DNA of 64,000 bases, from the NCBI RefSeq assembly GCF_006345805.1, contig NC_042999.1, positions 119,226,001 through 119,290,000 of the forward strand, written 5' to 3'. The translations under genes and the position numbers were made by a program. The notes under the pieces were generated by a model, which searched no databases, was not told the origin of the DNA, and saw nothing but the letters and a program-made list of their open reading frames with translations. Of this stretch, positions 37,570 to 49,359 are shown piece by piece; the first letter of the stretch is position 1; every line of letters begins with the position of its first letter. The stretch is from Octopus sinensis (Eukaryota).

Positions 37570-40500
37570 ATGTGGAGTGATATCACATTTCGAGGAAAAA
37601 CCTGTAGAGCAAAAGTTTCCATGGTAAAAAACTCAACCAATCTGTTTGGTATGAACTGGTTGGAGTTGTTTGAGTTATGGGACCTCCTCATTAGTCTGTT
37701 CTAAAAAAGAATAAATGGCTGTCCCCACCCGTGAAAATAACTCAACAGCTGAATTGAAGAAAATAAATTTAGCTTGTTTCCTGAGGTGCTGTTGGATAAA
37801 TTAGGTCTCTGTTCTAAGACTGAAGCTGGTTTTCAAATAAAGGAAAATGTCGTACCTAAATTCAAACCTAATAAAAAGGTATCATTTACTGCAATGAAGC
37901 AGGTAGGGGAAGAATTAGACAGACTGGAGAAGATGGGAATTATTTAAAAAGTAGACTATTCCTAGTGAGCAGCACCAACAGTGTGTATTAAAAAAAATAT
38001 TAAAATTAGGGTGTGTGCCGATTTTTTTACTGCTTTGAATAACTGTCTAAAAATGTGCCACCATCCATTCCTACTTTGGAAGATATTTTTACAGAATTAA
38101 ATCGTGACAAAATATTTTCGAAACTGGATCTGGCAGATGCATATCTACAAATTAAAGTAGACAAAGAATGTTTAAAGCCTCTAACAGAGAATACGCACAG
38201 AGGACTATACAAATATAATAGATTGCCATTTGGTCTGAAGTTTCACCTGTGATATTTCAACATGATGCATCAATTAAAATAACTGGTCAAATAACTGTCG
38301 AAAGGCGTTTCACAATATTCAGAAAATATTAATTTCGGATTTGTCGCTGGCTCGTCTCGATCCTGCAACGAGATTATTGAAGTTTCTGATGCTTCTGAAT
38401 ATGGTGTAGGAGCAGCTTTGCTACACAAATAAAGATGGTACTAGGAAGGCAGTGGTTCATGCTTAATGTGCTCTGATTGCAGTAGAAAGAAAAAAAACTA
38501 CAGTTAGATAGAGAAAGAAGCTGTAGCGATTATTTTTACCGTGAAAAAATTTCCCAGAAGTTTTCGGCTTCAGACAGACCACTGACCGTTGCTATCAATT
38601 TTCGGATCGAAGAAAAGAATTCTTATCCATACAGCTAACAGATTACAACACTGGGGTACAATATTGTTAAATCACAACTTTAAGATGGAGTACATTCCTT
38701 CTAAGAAAATTGGCCATGCGGATGGTTTATCTAGGCTAATTCCGAAGAATGCTGAACTTCTGGAAGATACGGTGATAGCTGCATTACAATCAGAAAAGGA
38801 AATCAAAAACGTTATGTGTAATGTCATTCAGGACTTGCACTTGACTGTACAATATATAAAAAGTAAATCAGCTGAGGACAAATACATCACACAAATGAAG
38901 GATACCTTGAAAAATAAACAAAAGAGAATCATGAATGCGAAACATTTTTCTTCTGCAATGATGTATTAATGTACGTACAAAAAGTGGTTGTACTAATTGC
39001 CCTACAGAAATGGATATTACATGAATTTCGTAATGGACACCCGGATATGTAAAGAACGAAAGCTTTGATGAGGAGTTACGTGTGTTGGTAGGCAGTGGAC
39101 GGGGACATTGAAAATTTGGTAAAATAATGTAGAAGTTGTGCGCTAGCAACCAAGGCACCACCAGTGAAATACCAATCATGGCCTGAGATGGATAGTCCGT
39201 AATCATGGGTACATATAGACTACGCTGGACCAGTGAATGGCACGTACTACTTGATCATTGTTGATAGCTTTACCAAGTGGCCAGAAGTATGTAGGTGCAA
39301 TCAACCTACCTCGAAAGCATCAATAAAGTTCCTGCACGAACTTTTTGCTCGATGCGGTGTTCTGGACACCATAGTGTCAGATAATGGATACGAGTTCAAG
39401 AAATTCTGTAAAATGTATGCAATCAAGCACATTTTTACCCCGCCTTACCACCCGAGGTCAAATGGGCAACCAGAATGATTCGTAGATAAGTTCAAGCGAG
39501 CGCTAAAAAAATCAAGGAAGGAGTTAGGAATTGATAAAACGGTAACTAAATTCTTAAGGATGTACAGAATAATGGCCAATCGAAATACCAGTTCAGGAAA
39601 GTCGCCTGCAGAGCTGTTTGCTGGAAAGATTAAATCGATCTTCGATAAATTGTTGCCAAAGGAAAAAATGTATATAGATAATACCAAAAAATTAAGTAAA
39701 CATTTTGATGCCGTTGACAAAGTCCATTTCAAAGTATACAAGAACGGTGAAGAGAGTTGGCAGGATGGTATAGTGACTAAAAGAATTGGAAACATGATGT
39801 ATTTAATAAAAGGCCAAAGATGGGAGTATAAACGACACCTAAATGAATTAAAAATCAGACATTCAGAAGAAGGGAAGGAAATTCCATTGGAAGTGTTTTA
39901 TGATATATTCGATGTGCCAGCACCGAAAGAAGTTGAACCTAGAAGGAGCAGTAACAGAAAACGTAAATAGACTGAACATTTAGAAATAATTCCTAAGCGG
40001 AAAAGGTACTGAACTCACTAGGGACGCAAAATTTCAAAATGGGAGAGTTGTTGGAAAGAAAGGAAAAATAGAAAAATTAATTTCATTTCCTAAGGATGTC
40101 AAAATCTCAAAATGAGAGATGTGGCGAGTCATGACACACCCTGGAGAAAAGACTTGACCGAACGACTATAAATAGTAGCGGTCTGAGTGAGAGACGGAGA
40201 GCAGGCGTTAAGGAGATTCGCCTAGCAATTCCTAGATGTTGATTCCTTTAAAACGTGAGTTAAATTGTTACACACTGTTATTATATATTGTTATAGGTCT
40301 CCCCGCGGGGATGAACCAAGATTCGTTAAACTGTTGAATTCTGTCGCTGCTTTTGCGTGTTTTGAAGATTGTTACTTCCCCAGTTATGGGTGAAGTGGTG
40401 AAATGGAGTGTGACCAACACCTTTGACGTCCGCGATAGAAAGATAGGGACAAAGAAGTAGAAAGAAGGATACAAATTGTTACAAAAAGAAGGGGCCTGAA

Positions 40501-40847
40501 GAAGTGACAAAGAATATAGCAAGGAAGACAGTAGTGTACAGGACACTATCTACTTCTACCCCACCACCAAATAGAGGCAATTGAGGAACGTCTACGGGAC
40601 GCGAAAGGACTAATAACCTTTTATACACGTGGGAAGAAGTACGAAACAGTAGAGGTCAGGTTCTCCAATTGCAGGCCTTAATTGCAGGAAATCATGTGTT
40701 GTTTTGGTAGTTTATCGGAATATCATTTGTTGGTTCATGTGTAGTTCATGGAGAGTTTGTTGTCTTGTTACGTTGTTGTTACCCTGCTTCATTTTATGCT
40801 TATTGTTACTACACGGTTATAGTATAAAAAAATGTATAGCCATAACA
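37570..40847 (+). mobile_element. Ty3/Gypsy LTR retrotransposon, 5'-truncated (protease end, RT, RNase H, integrase, PPT, 3' LTR)
   Basis: IFSKLDLADAYLQ and GLYKYNRLPFG (RT); DASEYGVGA and HADGLSRL (RNase H); IDYAGPVNGTYYLIIVDSFTKWPEV, IVSDNG, HPRSNGQ (integrase); PPT aaatgggagag 40037-40047; LTR TGTTGG 40049 to TAACA 40847. Confidence 0.93.
40212..40670 (+). mobile_element. 5' part (UTR plus ORF1 start) of L1/Tx1-like LINE inside the Gypsy 3' LTR
   Basis: NIARKTVVYRTL and IEAIEERLRDAKGLITFYTRGKKYETVEVRF align with ORF1 at 49750-49900; flanked by gcaggc(g/c)ttaa at 40201-40211 and 40671-40681. Confidence 0.7.
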
Positions 40848-41700
40848 ATTGGCGATACTACTATAATGTGTGACAAGTAACTACGTTACAATAAGCCACT
40901 AAAATTGAGGGCTTCACTGCATTCTAGTGGCTATGAATATAATGTCTCCATAGACGTTTATGCATGGCACTTAATTCCTGAGAACATTCCAAAAATTACA
41001 ATTGTCTGGTGCATCCTAATTCAGTTTAATTTACATATACAGTGTTGGTTGAAAACTTATATTTATTCTCAAGTGCATTATAGCATTTAATTCTACTATT
41101 CTTAGTTAATCGATCTGAAAAATTAAGTACCATTTATACTAACTAATTGTGTAATTATTATCAATAATAGTATTTAGCTGAAAGATATGTTATCTAATAA
41201 GCTATTTAAATTTGCAAATTTAAATGAAATATAATAGTCTTGTTTGTAATTGTTTATATGTTTGTTTATAAAATTACCTAACCACAGAATTTATCAGAAA
41301 ACTAATAATTAATATGAGAAAAGATACTTCCCTCTGGATAGTTTGAAATATATTTACATGTGTTTGTGTGTGTATTTATATATATATATATATGTGTGTG
41401 TGTATATGTACATACACACACATATACACACACACATGCACACATATATAAGTATATATGTATGTATATTCATGTATGTCTGTGTGCATGTGTTTGTGTG
41501 CACCCTTGTCTACACATCATATGATAGTTGTAAATGCACATCATACAAATTTGTTAATTTTTTCTCAGTTTTCCATAAAAGACACCTCTAACTATGGGAA
41601 AAAATTACTTTGCTTGGAAAGAACTGTGAGTTGGGAACAGGAAAGGCATCAAACCATAGAAAATATGACTCAACTAAGTCCATCTGCCCCATGCAAGAAT

Positions 41701-42040
41701 GGAAAACTGTACTAAATAATGGTGATAGTCAAGTACATGAACATCGAAATAAATATCAATGGAAATAGTAGTTGTGATACCTGTGCCGGTGGCACATAAA
41801 GAGCACCATCCGAACGTGGCCGATGCCAGTGCCGCCTCGACTGGCTTCTGTGCCGGTGGCACATAAAAAGCACCCACTACACTCGCGGAGTGGTTGGCGT
41901 CAGGAAGGGCATCCAGCTGTAGAAACACTGCCAGATCAGACTGGAGCCTGGTGCAGCCGCCTGGCTTCCCAGACCCCGGTCGAACCGTCCAACCCGTGCT
42001 AGCATGGAAAACGGACATTAAACGATGATGATGATGATGA
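41701..42040 (+). mobile_element. SINE family D, young copy with (GAT)n tail
   Basis: About 94% identical by eye to the reverse complement of 61598-61787 over the shared part. Confidence 0.92.
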
Positions 42041-42072
42041 TAATGATATACACACACACATGCATATATATA

Positions 42073-42137
<65 letters not shown>

Positions 42138-42307
42138 ACACACATTAATCAAAGCGTACAGTATAATATATCCATCATGCTCAAACTTACCAATTAGTTT
42201 TGTGTTAGGAGTTAAAAAGAGTTAGATAACAGCCTGACTATGTGATGCAGTACTTTTCAGAGAGGGCAGTAATAGAATGAAATATGTCAAATGCATACCT
42301 ACCTACC

Positions 42308-42354
<47 letters not shown>

Positions 42355-42850
42355 TTAATAATATCAGGGTAATAAAAATTTTAGAAATTTTTACTACCAG
42401 TGGCCTAGCGTATTGAAAAATTAGTCAATAGACTATATTATTCATATAAAATACAGTGTACATTTAAATACATTAAGAGGTTTCCTTCATAGGAATCCTT
42501 TACGCTAGAAAGAACAGCTAAAGTCCAAACCACTAATTAGGGATAAATTCTCAAAGGGAGTGAAAAATAAAAACATTTACTATCTCTTTCCTGGACTATG
42601 GTTTCTGACTTATTCTAGTAAATAAGATAATTTACTATAGTGAAGTCTTCATCAACAGGGATGCCAAGATTAAATAAAGATGAGGCCAATCTATCTAGCG
42701 TAAAGGATTCCTATGATGGAAGCCTCTTAATGTGTTTAAATGTATACTGTATTTTATATGAATAATATATAGTCTATTGACTAATTTTTCTATACGCTAG
42801 GCCACTGGTAGTAAAAATTTCTAAAATCTTTATTACCCAGATATTATTAA
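42355..42850. mobile_element. Fold-back element with about 160-bp terminal inverted arms, next to a (TA)n array
   Basis: 42355-42513 is the near-exact reverse complement of 42690-42850. Confidence 0.9.
42590..42659 (-). ncRNA. Type-I hammerhead ribozyme motif in the spacer of the fold-back element
   Basis: CCUG-UUGAUGA-A-GACUU[..UAGUAAAU UAUCUU AUUUACUA..]AAGUC-A-GAAA-CCAUAG-UC^CAGG; stems I, II and III all pair, GUC cleavage triplet; C3U change and extra A before G12. Confidence 0.65.
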
Positions 42851-43958
42851 TTATGTATAATGATTTCTGGTAGATTCGTTTGCTGCTGACAAAATAGACT
42901 GCGCTTGCGTGGAGGATTTAAAAAAAATTAAAATATATAAGCAAGAGGCACTAGCTGGATCAGCCTAGTGTGTGTATGGGAGAGAGAGGGTGGGGAGAGA
43001 ACATTGAAAACAATGAATGAAATATATATGAAATGAAAAAATCTAATAAATAAAAGGGCATTACTACAGATGTATGTGCCCCTGATTTTGTTGCCTCATA
43101 ACACCAGAAAAATGGATACCATTTAACAAAATGTTCTACAAATACCGCTGAGATGTCGTGGCTTCAGAGTAAATAGGGATTTATGGGAAATGATTTTTTC
43201 TTGGGGGTAGAGAGAGGAGTTTCTAAAAATTCACATGATCTGACATTTTTTTCCTCATAACTTTCAAGAAAATGTGTATCTTTTAGTGAAAATTTATACA
43301 AATCCCTTTCAAATGGCTTAGATTATTATTATAGAGAAATTTGTGAGGAAAAACTTTTGGAGATTCTCCCCATTTAAAAAAAAGCACAGCCTTGGAAATG
43401 ATAGGGGTGTGGGGATGGGGGTGTCTTTGTATGAAAAAAGTTTTGAAAACTCTTTTTTTACATCTCCTTTATCATCCCACTCCAGTCCTATTTTGGCCAA
43501 TTTTTTTGGCACTTCAAACCCATGGGAAGAATATTTTCTGTAAAAAAAAAAAATATTTTCAGAGGGAAAGTGAGTGATTTAAAGGCGATTTGGCTGTTAT
43601 TTCTAGCACATCCAAAGACAATCCTCCTAATTTCATTATTACTCTCGAATGTATTGATGTTCTTCAATATTCCCCCCTCTAACTACATTTATATACTATA
43701 AAAGAAGAAACTTTGGGAAATTATGGAATTTTTACAACATTACTCCCTGCTCCCAATTGTTTCTGTTTAGAAATAAAAATATTGGAGAGCCTGAGAAGGT
43801 CATTGCTGGCATTTATCCACAGTGATTTAAAGAAATTACGGAGATGTACTTGTATAGAAAGTGACTTGATCTGAGATTGTGAGCTGAAGCAAAAACAATT
43901 GCAGTGTGGAAGATGTTTGTAAGCTATTCAAGATCACACAAAAACCGTTAGTTTTCAT

Positions 43959-44157
43959 GGCACTACTTAAATACAGAGGTCCTGATGCATTTCCGTAACG
44001 GTATGAAGGGGAGGGTTAATTTTTAGAGTTAAGGTTAGTTTTAGGGTTAGTGCTAGGGTGTCATTACACGTTCACACAATGTATATTTAAAATGTTTTGT
44101 TCGTAACACCTGTATTTAAGTAGTGTTGTTAAGGGACTTCTGTATTTAAGCCATACC
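43959..44157. mobile_element. Helentron/DINE-1-like non-autonomous element with TTAGGG-like core
   Basis: cactacttaaatacag (43961-43976) has inverted copies at 44110-44125 and 44134-44150; degenerate ttaggg repeats between. Confidence 0.55.
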
Positions 44158-44911
44158 AGTTTAACTTCAACATTAAAATTGCATTTGTGTCAAAATATTT
44201 TCGTTGCTTTGAAACTATGACCTGTTCACTGCCAAAACTTCACAAGTAATGCAGCACCGAGTTTTGTCAGTGAGCATGCATGCACATGCACACACATACA
44301 TACACACACACATTCATTACCTTTCATTTGTGTGTATGTGCATCTATGTGTGTATTGGTGTGTGTGTATATCACTGTTGAAGTCACTTGTGCAACTTGTT
44401 TGTGTATATATTGGCTTAGTGGTACAAAGTGTTTGGAAACTGTGAATAAGGTACAAATTTCGAGTACTTGTTAGTAACTTTTTTCCTCCATGTCTTCTAA
44501 TAGCAATTACCCAACTTTCTAGGTTCTTCTCAGAGCTATCCCGCATTCAAATATTTATTATACAGGTATTTAAAAAAAATTTTATTCAATAAATAATGTT
44601 TTTACATTACGTATACATTATTAGAATAAACTGTTGGTTTTCCAAATAGCGAATTAAAACTTAAACGAAAAAGTGAGAGACTTTGCAAATGAAAATAGAA
44701 TACTCCACAGTGAATGCCATGAATATTTAAATTTTTGAGAAATCGGAGTTAAAAGAATTCAGTAAACTTGAGAAATGGAAATCATAGGAAATTTCTTAGC
44801 ACACGAACTTATAATAATATTTCCAGGTGGTCAATTCTTTAATGATTGCTTTGTTTTAGTACTTTTAGTAATTGTTACATACCTAATTAATAAGCAACTT
44901 TCTCTATTATT

Positions 44912-44957
<46 letters not shown>

Positions 44958-45593
44958 ATGTATATGCACGTACATATATAGACATACACACATACATAAA
45001 TGGATTTGATTTGAGGGGGTCCATTAAGGATGAAGACATACCAAAATAAAGAATAATTCATTTAATGGCTAAACAGAATGATGCAAATTATACACTTAAG
45101 TAAACAATCCTCTGTCATGGCAGAAAATGCATCAATGAAAGGTAGTTCGCTATTGGTTGGTAATTTGCACTTCGATAATATCCAAGGATGAATGAAACTC
45201 TAAGCGAGGTATAAAAGCATATGAATGGGTTATCTTATACTGCTATAATTGTCATTGAAAATCTTTATTGCAATGTAAACAGGATACTGTGAGGTATGAA
45301 GTACATACAATATCCATAAGATTATGCAATGCATTACACAACTCTCAATTCATCAGGCTTACTAAATATACATGTGAGCAGTGACATTCTGATAAATAAA
45401 TAGTTCATCAACAAATGAAATTTCAAATAAGGATTACCAGCTTTTAAGAAATGTAAAATTGTTGGGACTACAATCTGTCAATCATGAGGGTGGATAGCTA
45501 AGTGGTGTTGTGAATTATAGAATAGCCTTTTGACTCTTCATGTGAAGGTATGTGACTTAGTAGTAAGTGTTTTGGGCCCACAGTTGCAAGGTC

Positions 45594-45624
<31 letters not shown>

Positions 45625-45701
45625 CTGTGTGTGTAACATATGGTATAATTATAAACAGGGCAAATTTTAGCCATTTCTCCGCAGACTGAAAAAAAGGAAC
45701 A

Positions 45702-45744
45702 ACCTTAAACAATTTTCGAACTTTGTTGGGTTCTCATCAGAGGC
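45702..45744 (-). ncRNA. Type-I hammerhead ribozyme motif, intact core
   Basis: GCCU-CUGAUGA-GAAC CCAACAAA GUUC-GAAA-A UUGU U-UA^AGGU; canonical CUGAUGA/GAAA core, 4-bp stem II, 4-bp stem I, 2-bp stem III. Confidence 0.75.
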
Positions 45745-45899
45745 ATCCACATCATTCTGACAGTCTCCAGAGAAACAATGTTTATATACTCAACAAAGGA
45801 GCAGTTACTCTATGAAGGAGTTCCTAATTGGCATACCGAAAATATTTAACACTATAAATACCAGGTAGAAGGTTGAAAAGTAATACACGAGTTGATATG

Positions 45900-46005
45900 T
45901 ATAAGTAAAATAGGACAAGGTAGAAAATGCTGAAATAGTTTTATCATGAAGAACATTTTCGTACATGATAAAATTATTTTAGCATTTTCTACCTTGTCCT
46001 ATTTT

Positions 46006-46012
<7 letters not shown>
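45900..46012. repeat. About 49-bp inverted repeat (hairpin)
   Basis: 45900-45948 pairs with 45964-46012, mostly Watson-Crick plus two G-U; 15-nt loop. Confidence 0.9.
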
Positions 46013-46036
<24 letters not shown>

Positions 46037-46040
<4 letters not shown>

Positions 46041-47225
46041 GTTGTCTCACATGAAATGTATTTTAATAATCTTGACTCCTTTTCTTTCTAGACAATACTA
46101 TCATTCAAAATTGCTACACACAGCTCTTATGACAATTTTGACAACTGAACAATACTGAGTGATTTTCTTGATGAATACAATTTGGGTCACTCTGCCAATG
46201 AAACTCTATGAAATATCAAGCGGGCTTTTGGTAATGATTCTGTTGACATTGGAACTGTTCAGAGATGGTTCCAAAGATTTTGTTCAGGAAATGAAAGCCT
46301 TAAAAGTGAACCATGAGGGAGACCAAAATCAGTGATTTGGCATGATGAATTGAATGCTTTGGTTAAATGAAATCCAAGAACAATGGTCCAAAAAATCCGA
46401 TCAATGCTCCAGAAATCTCCCATAACTCCTTGAAGTAAATTGGAAAAGCCAAAAAGATGGATAGGTTTGTTCCCCATCAGCTTAATGAGATTCAAAGAAA
46501 CCGATGCCTTACAGTGTGTTCCATGTTGATTTCTCGATTGGAAAGAGAACCATTTTTGTATCGACTCATTACGTGTGATGAGAAATGGATACTCTTCGAT
46601 AACAGCAGGAGGATAGGACAGTGGTTAAATGCAGGAGAGTTACCAAAATACTACCCGAAACCATTGCACACTAAAAAGCTGATGGACACTATATGGTGGT
46701 CAACAAAGGGGGTTATTCATTAATCATTTTTGCAATAAGGAAAAACTGTAACAGCAACATCCTATTGTCAGGAAATTGTTTGTATGCATAGAAAATTAAA
46801 AAAGAAGTAACCCTGATTAGTGAATAGAGATGGCCAAATTTTGCTTCATGATAATGCACAGCTTCACACTTTTCAAGCTATGGTCTACAAGTTGCAAAGC
46901 CTGAATTATGAAATTTTGGCACATCTTCCTTATTCTCCTGATATCTCTCCTACTGATTATTACATATTTAAATCCTTCAAGCTTGCTATATGCAATAAAA
47001 CATTCTTAAATAAAGAAGAAGTAATTGAAGCATTTGAACAGTTTATCAGTGTAAAAGATGACAAGTTCTTTGAAGATGGAATATATGCCTTAGAGGAACG
47101 TTGGATGAAAGTCATAAACGAGCAAGGATCATAGTTTGATTATATAAATATAAATTCTAAAAATAAAAAAAAACAATTTTAATGCTTCCTTTTTCAAATG
47201 CAACATGTTATATGAGACAACCTAA
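46037..47225 (+). mobile_element. Near full-length mariner transposon (D,D34D type), inactivated
   Basis: TIRs ttaggttgtctca(c/t)at(g/a)a(a/c)atgt (20/23), TA TSD both sides; LITCDEKW, LLHDNA, HLPYSPDISPTDY motifs; several stops. Confidence 0.95.
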
Positions 47226-47430
47226 TAAATGTGTATATATATATATATATATATATATGATTTCAATTAGGAGCAAATAATTCATGAGAAAATAACTAAT
47301 TCACAAAAAAATAATTTGTGAAGATATCAATGACACTGTTATTATCTAGTGTAACAATTTAAAAATGATAATGACAGAATCAATAATGTAGGCGATTACA
47401 GGTCCCCAAAAGAGCCTTAAATTGCAGATG

Positions 47431-48125
47431 AATCAAAGGAATACTAAGTATGTCTACCTTCTGGAAATAACAGTAAAAACTCCTATTTAAATAGCCAAAA
47501 TACACTGATAATAACTTCAGAAATCAACCATCTGAAGGCAAACAGGCTAAGACATTCTCCTAGCATACATTCAAGTATACCGAATCACATGGACTGGTTT
47601 CTGCACTGGAATAATAGCCCAGCCTTCCTCAGCACGTGTTACTATGATAGCGACTCCCAACCTGTCATGTTGAAGTCTGTGCTGCAACTGATTCATTCTG
47701 CACCAAAATTATAGCAGCCACCAGTGAGAAAATAGTTTCAATATGGAGCAAATAATTCACAAGAATACAATGATTTACGAAAAAATAATTTCTCGTGAAT
47801 TATTTGCTCTATATTGAAATTATTTTTACACTGGTGGCTGCCATTATTTCAATGCAAAACAAATCAGTTGCAGTGCAGACTTCAACATGACAGGTTGGGA
47901 GTTGCTATGATGGTAACGCATGCTGCGGAAGCTGAGGCTATTATGCCAGTCCAGAAACCTATCCACGTGAGTCCATATACTTGAATGTATGCTGAGAGAT
48001 TGTTTTAGCTGGTTTGCCTTCAGACAGTTGATTTCTGTAGTTATTATCAGTGTATTTTGGCTATTTAAATAAGAGTTTTGACTGTTATTTCCAGCAGGTA
48101 AACATACTTAGTATGTCCTTTGATT
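47431..48125. repeat. Large imperfect palindrome (about 335-bp arms, 24-nt loop)
   Basis: 47431-47765 is the reverse complement of 47790-48125 at roughly 80% identity by eye. Confidence 0.9.
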
Positions 48126-48189
48126 AATTTCATATATATATATATGCACGCATATATATAGACACATACACATACACACATGCACAGAG

Positions 48190-48214
<25 letters not shown>

Positions 48215-48224
<10 letters not shown>

Positions 48225-48362
48225 AATGGATTTGGTTTAAGGGGATCCATTAAGGATGAAAGCATACCAAAATGAAGAATACTTCACATAATGGAAAGAC
48301 AGAATGATGCAAATCAGTCACTTAAGTAAATAATCCTTTGTTAATGGCGCAAAATGCATCAA
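48215..48362 (+). repeat. Dispersed direct repeat of 44993-45135
   Basis: Both begin cataaatggattt after a (CA)n tract and share ccattaaggatga...cagaatgatgcaaat...cacttaagtaaa...aaaatgcatcaa. Confidence 0.8.
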
Positions 48363-49359
48363 ATTTATTTCACATTGCTCCTGTACACTCAACTGGCAAA
48401 AATGAGAAGTACCAGTAGTTCAATGGTCCTGCCTTGTCACATCTGGTGCATCATGCTGAATATTCTTGAGAACTACACTAAGGGTATGCATATCTTTGGA
48501 GTGTTCTGGCCACCAGCACATTAATTTCATGAGCAGGCTGTTGATCAAATCAAGTGGAACACTCATAGTTACAACTGACACAATGCCCAACCTAAAAAAC
48601 ATATCTATTCCAAAGATATCATTAAACTTATTGACATCACTCATAAAAACTAGCACTAACAGAACCAGCAGATAGCATTAACCAAGCATGACATTTCAAA
48701 ACCTTGTTGAAGATCATAGCCAATATTGTTCCAAAGAAAACCCATTTGTTGTGTTATAATATTTAGAATATCAAAGGAGTGACATGGTTAATAAACTTAA
48801 TTCTTCTTGATTAAAGTTTTCCATCTAATTAATATGGAATTAATAGAATATTAGCCTTACGTAAGGGTAACCCAACTAATTATTATTCAGGGAAAAATAA
48901 CCTAAGGATAAAATGTAGAGAATAGTGAAGCTCAATGCAAAATTTCAGAGGAGAGGAAAGGAAAAGGAAAAAATATTTAATTTGTAAATATTGCCTTAAT
49001 TACAGTGCAAACAACCATAACCTATAAATACTTAAAAAGAAACAGATTAGGATACAACCAATAGAGAAAGTGGACAGCACAGTTGACAGAAAGATGGTGT
49101 TGGCATAAAGAAACAAATAAATGTGTAAAAGGCAATAAAAAGTAACAACCCTTAAAATTATAAATTCATATCAGTTAAATATCAAAACATAGATAGATCA
49201 GTAACAAAGCTACTGTTACAAAGTTACTTATTGAAAGGCTAGAATTAGTAGAGAAGGTAAAAACAGAACTTATATTTCCAATAAAATCATAAAACCATGA
49301 AACCATGAATCCCAATGTTTCTTTTAACCAAAACAGTGAAAATTATACAAGTTAAGTAT

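Noticed and set aside
40848-40860. attggcgat after the LTR, resembling a primer-binding site of a second tandem element
   Set aside because: No gag or other internal sequence follows; likely flank by chance.
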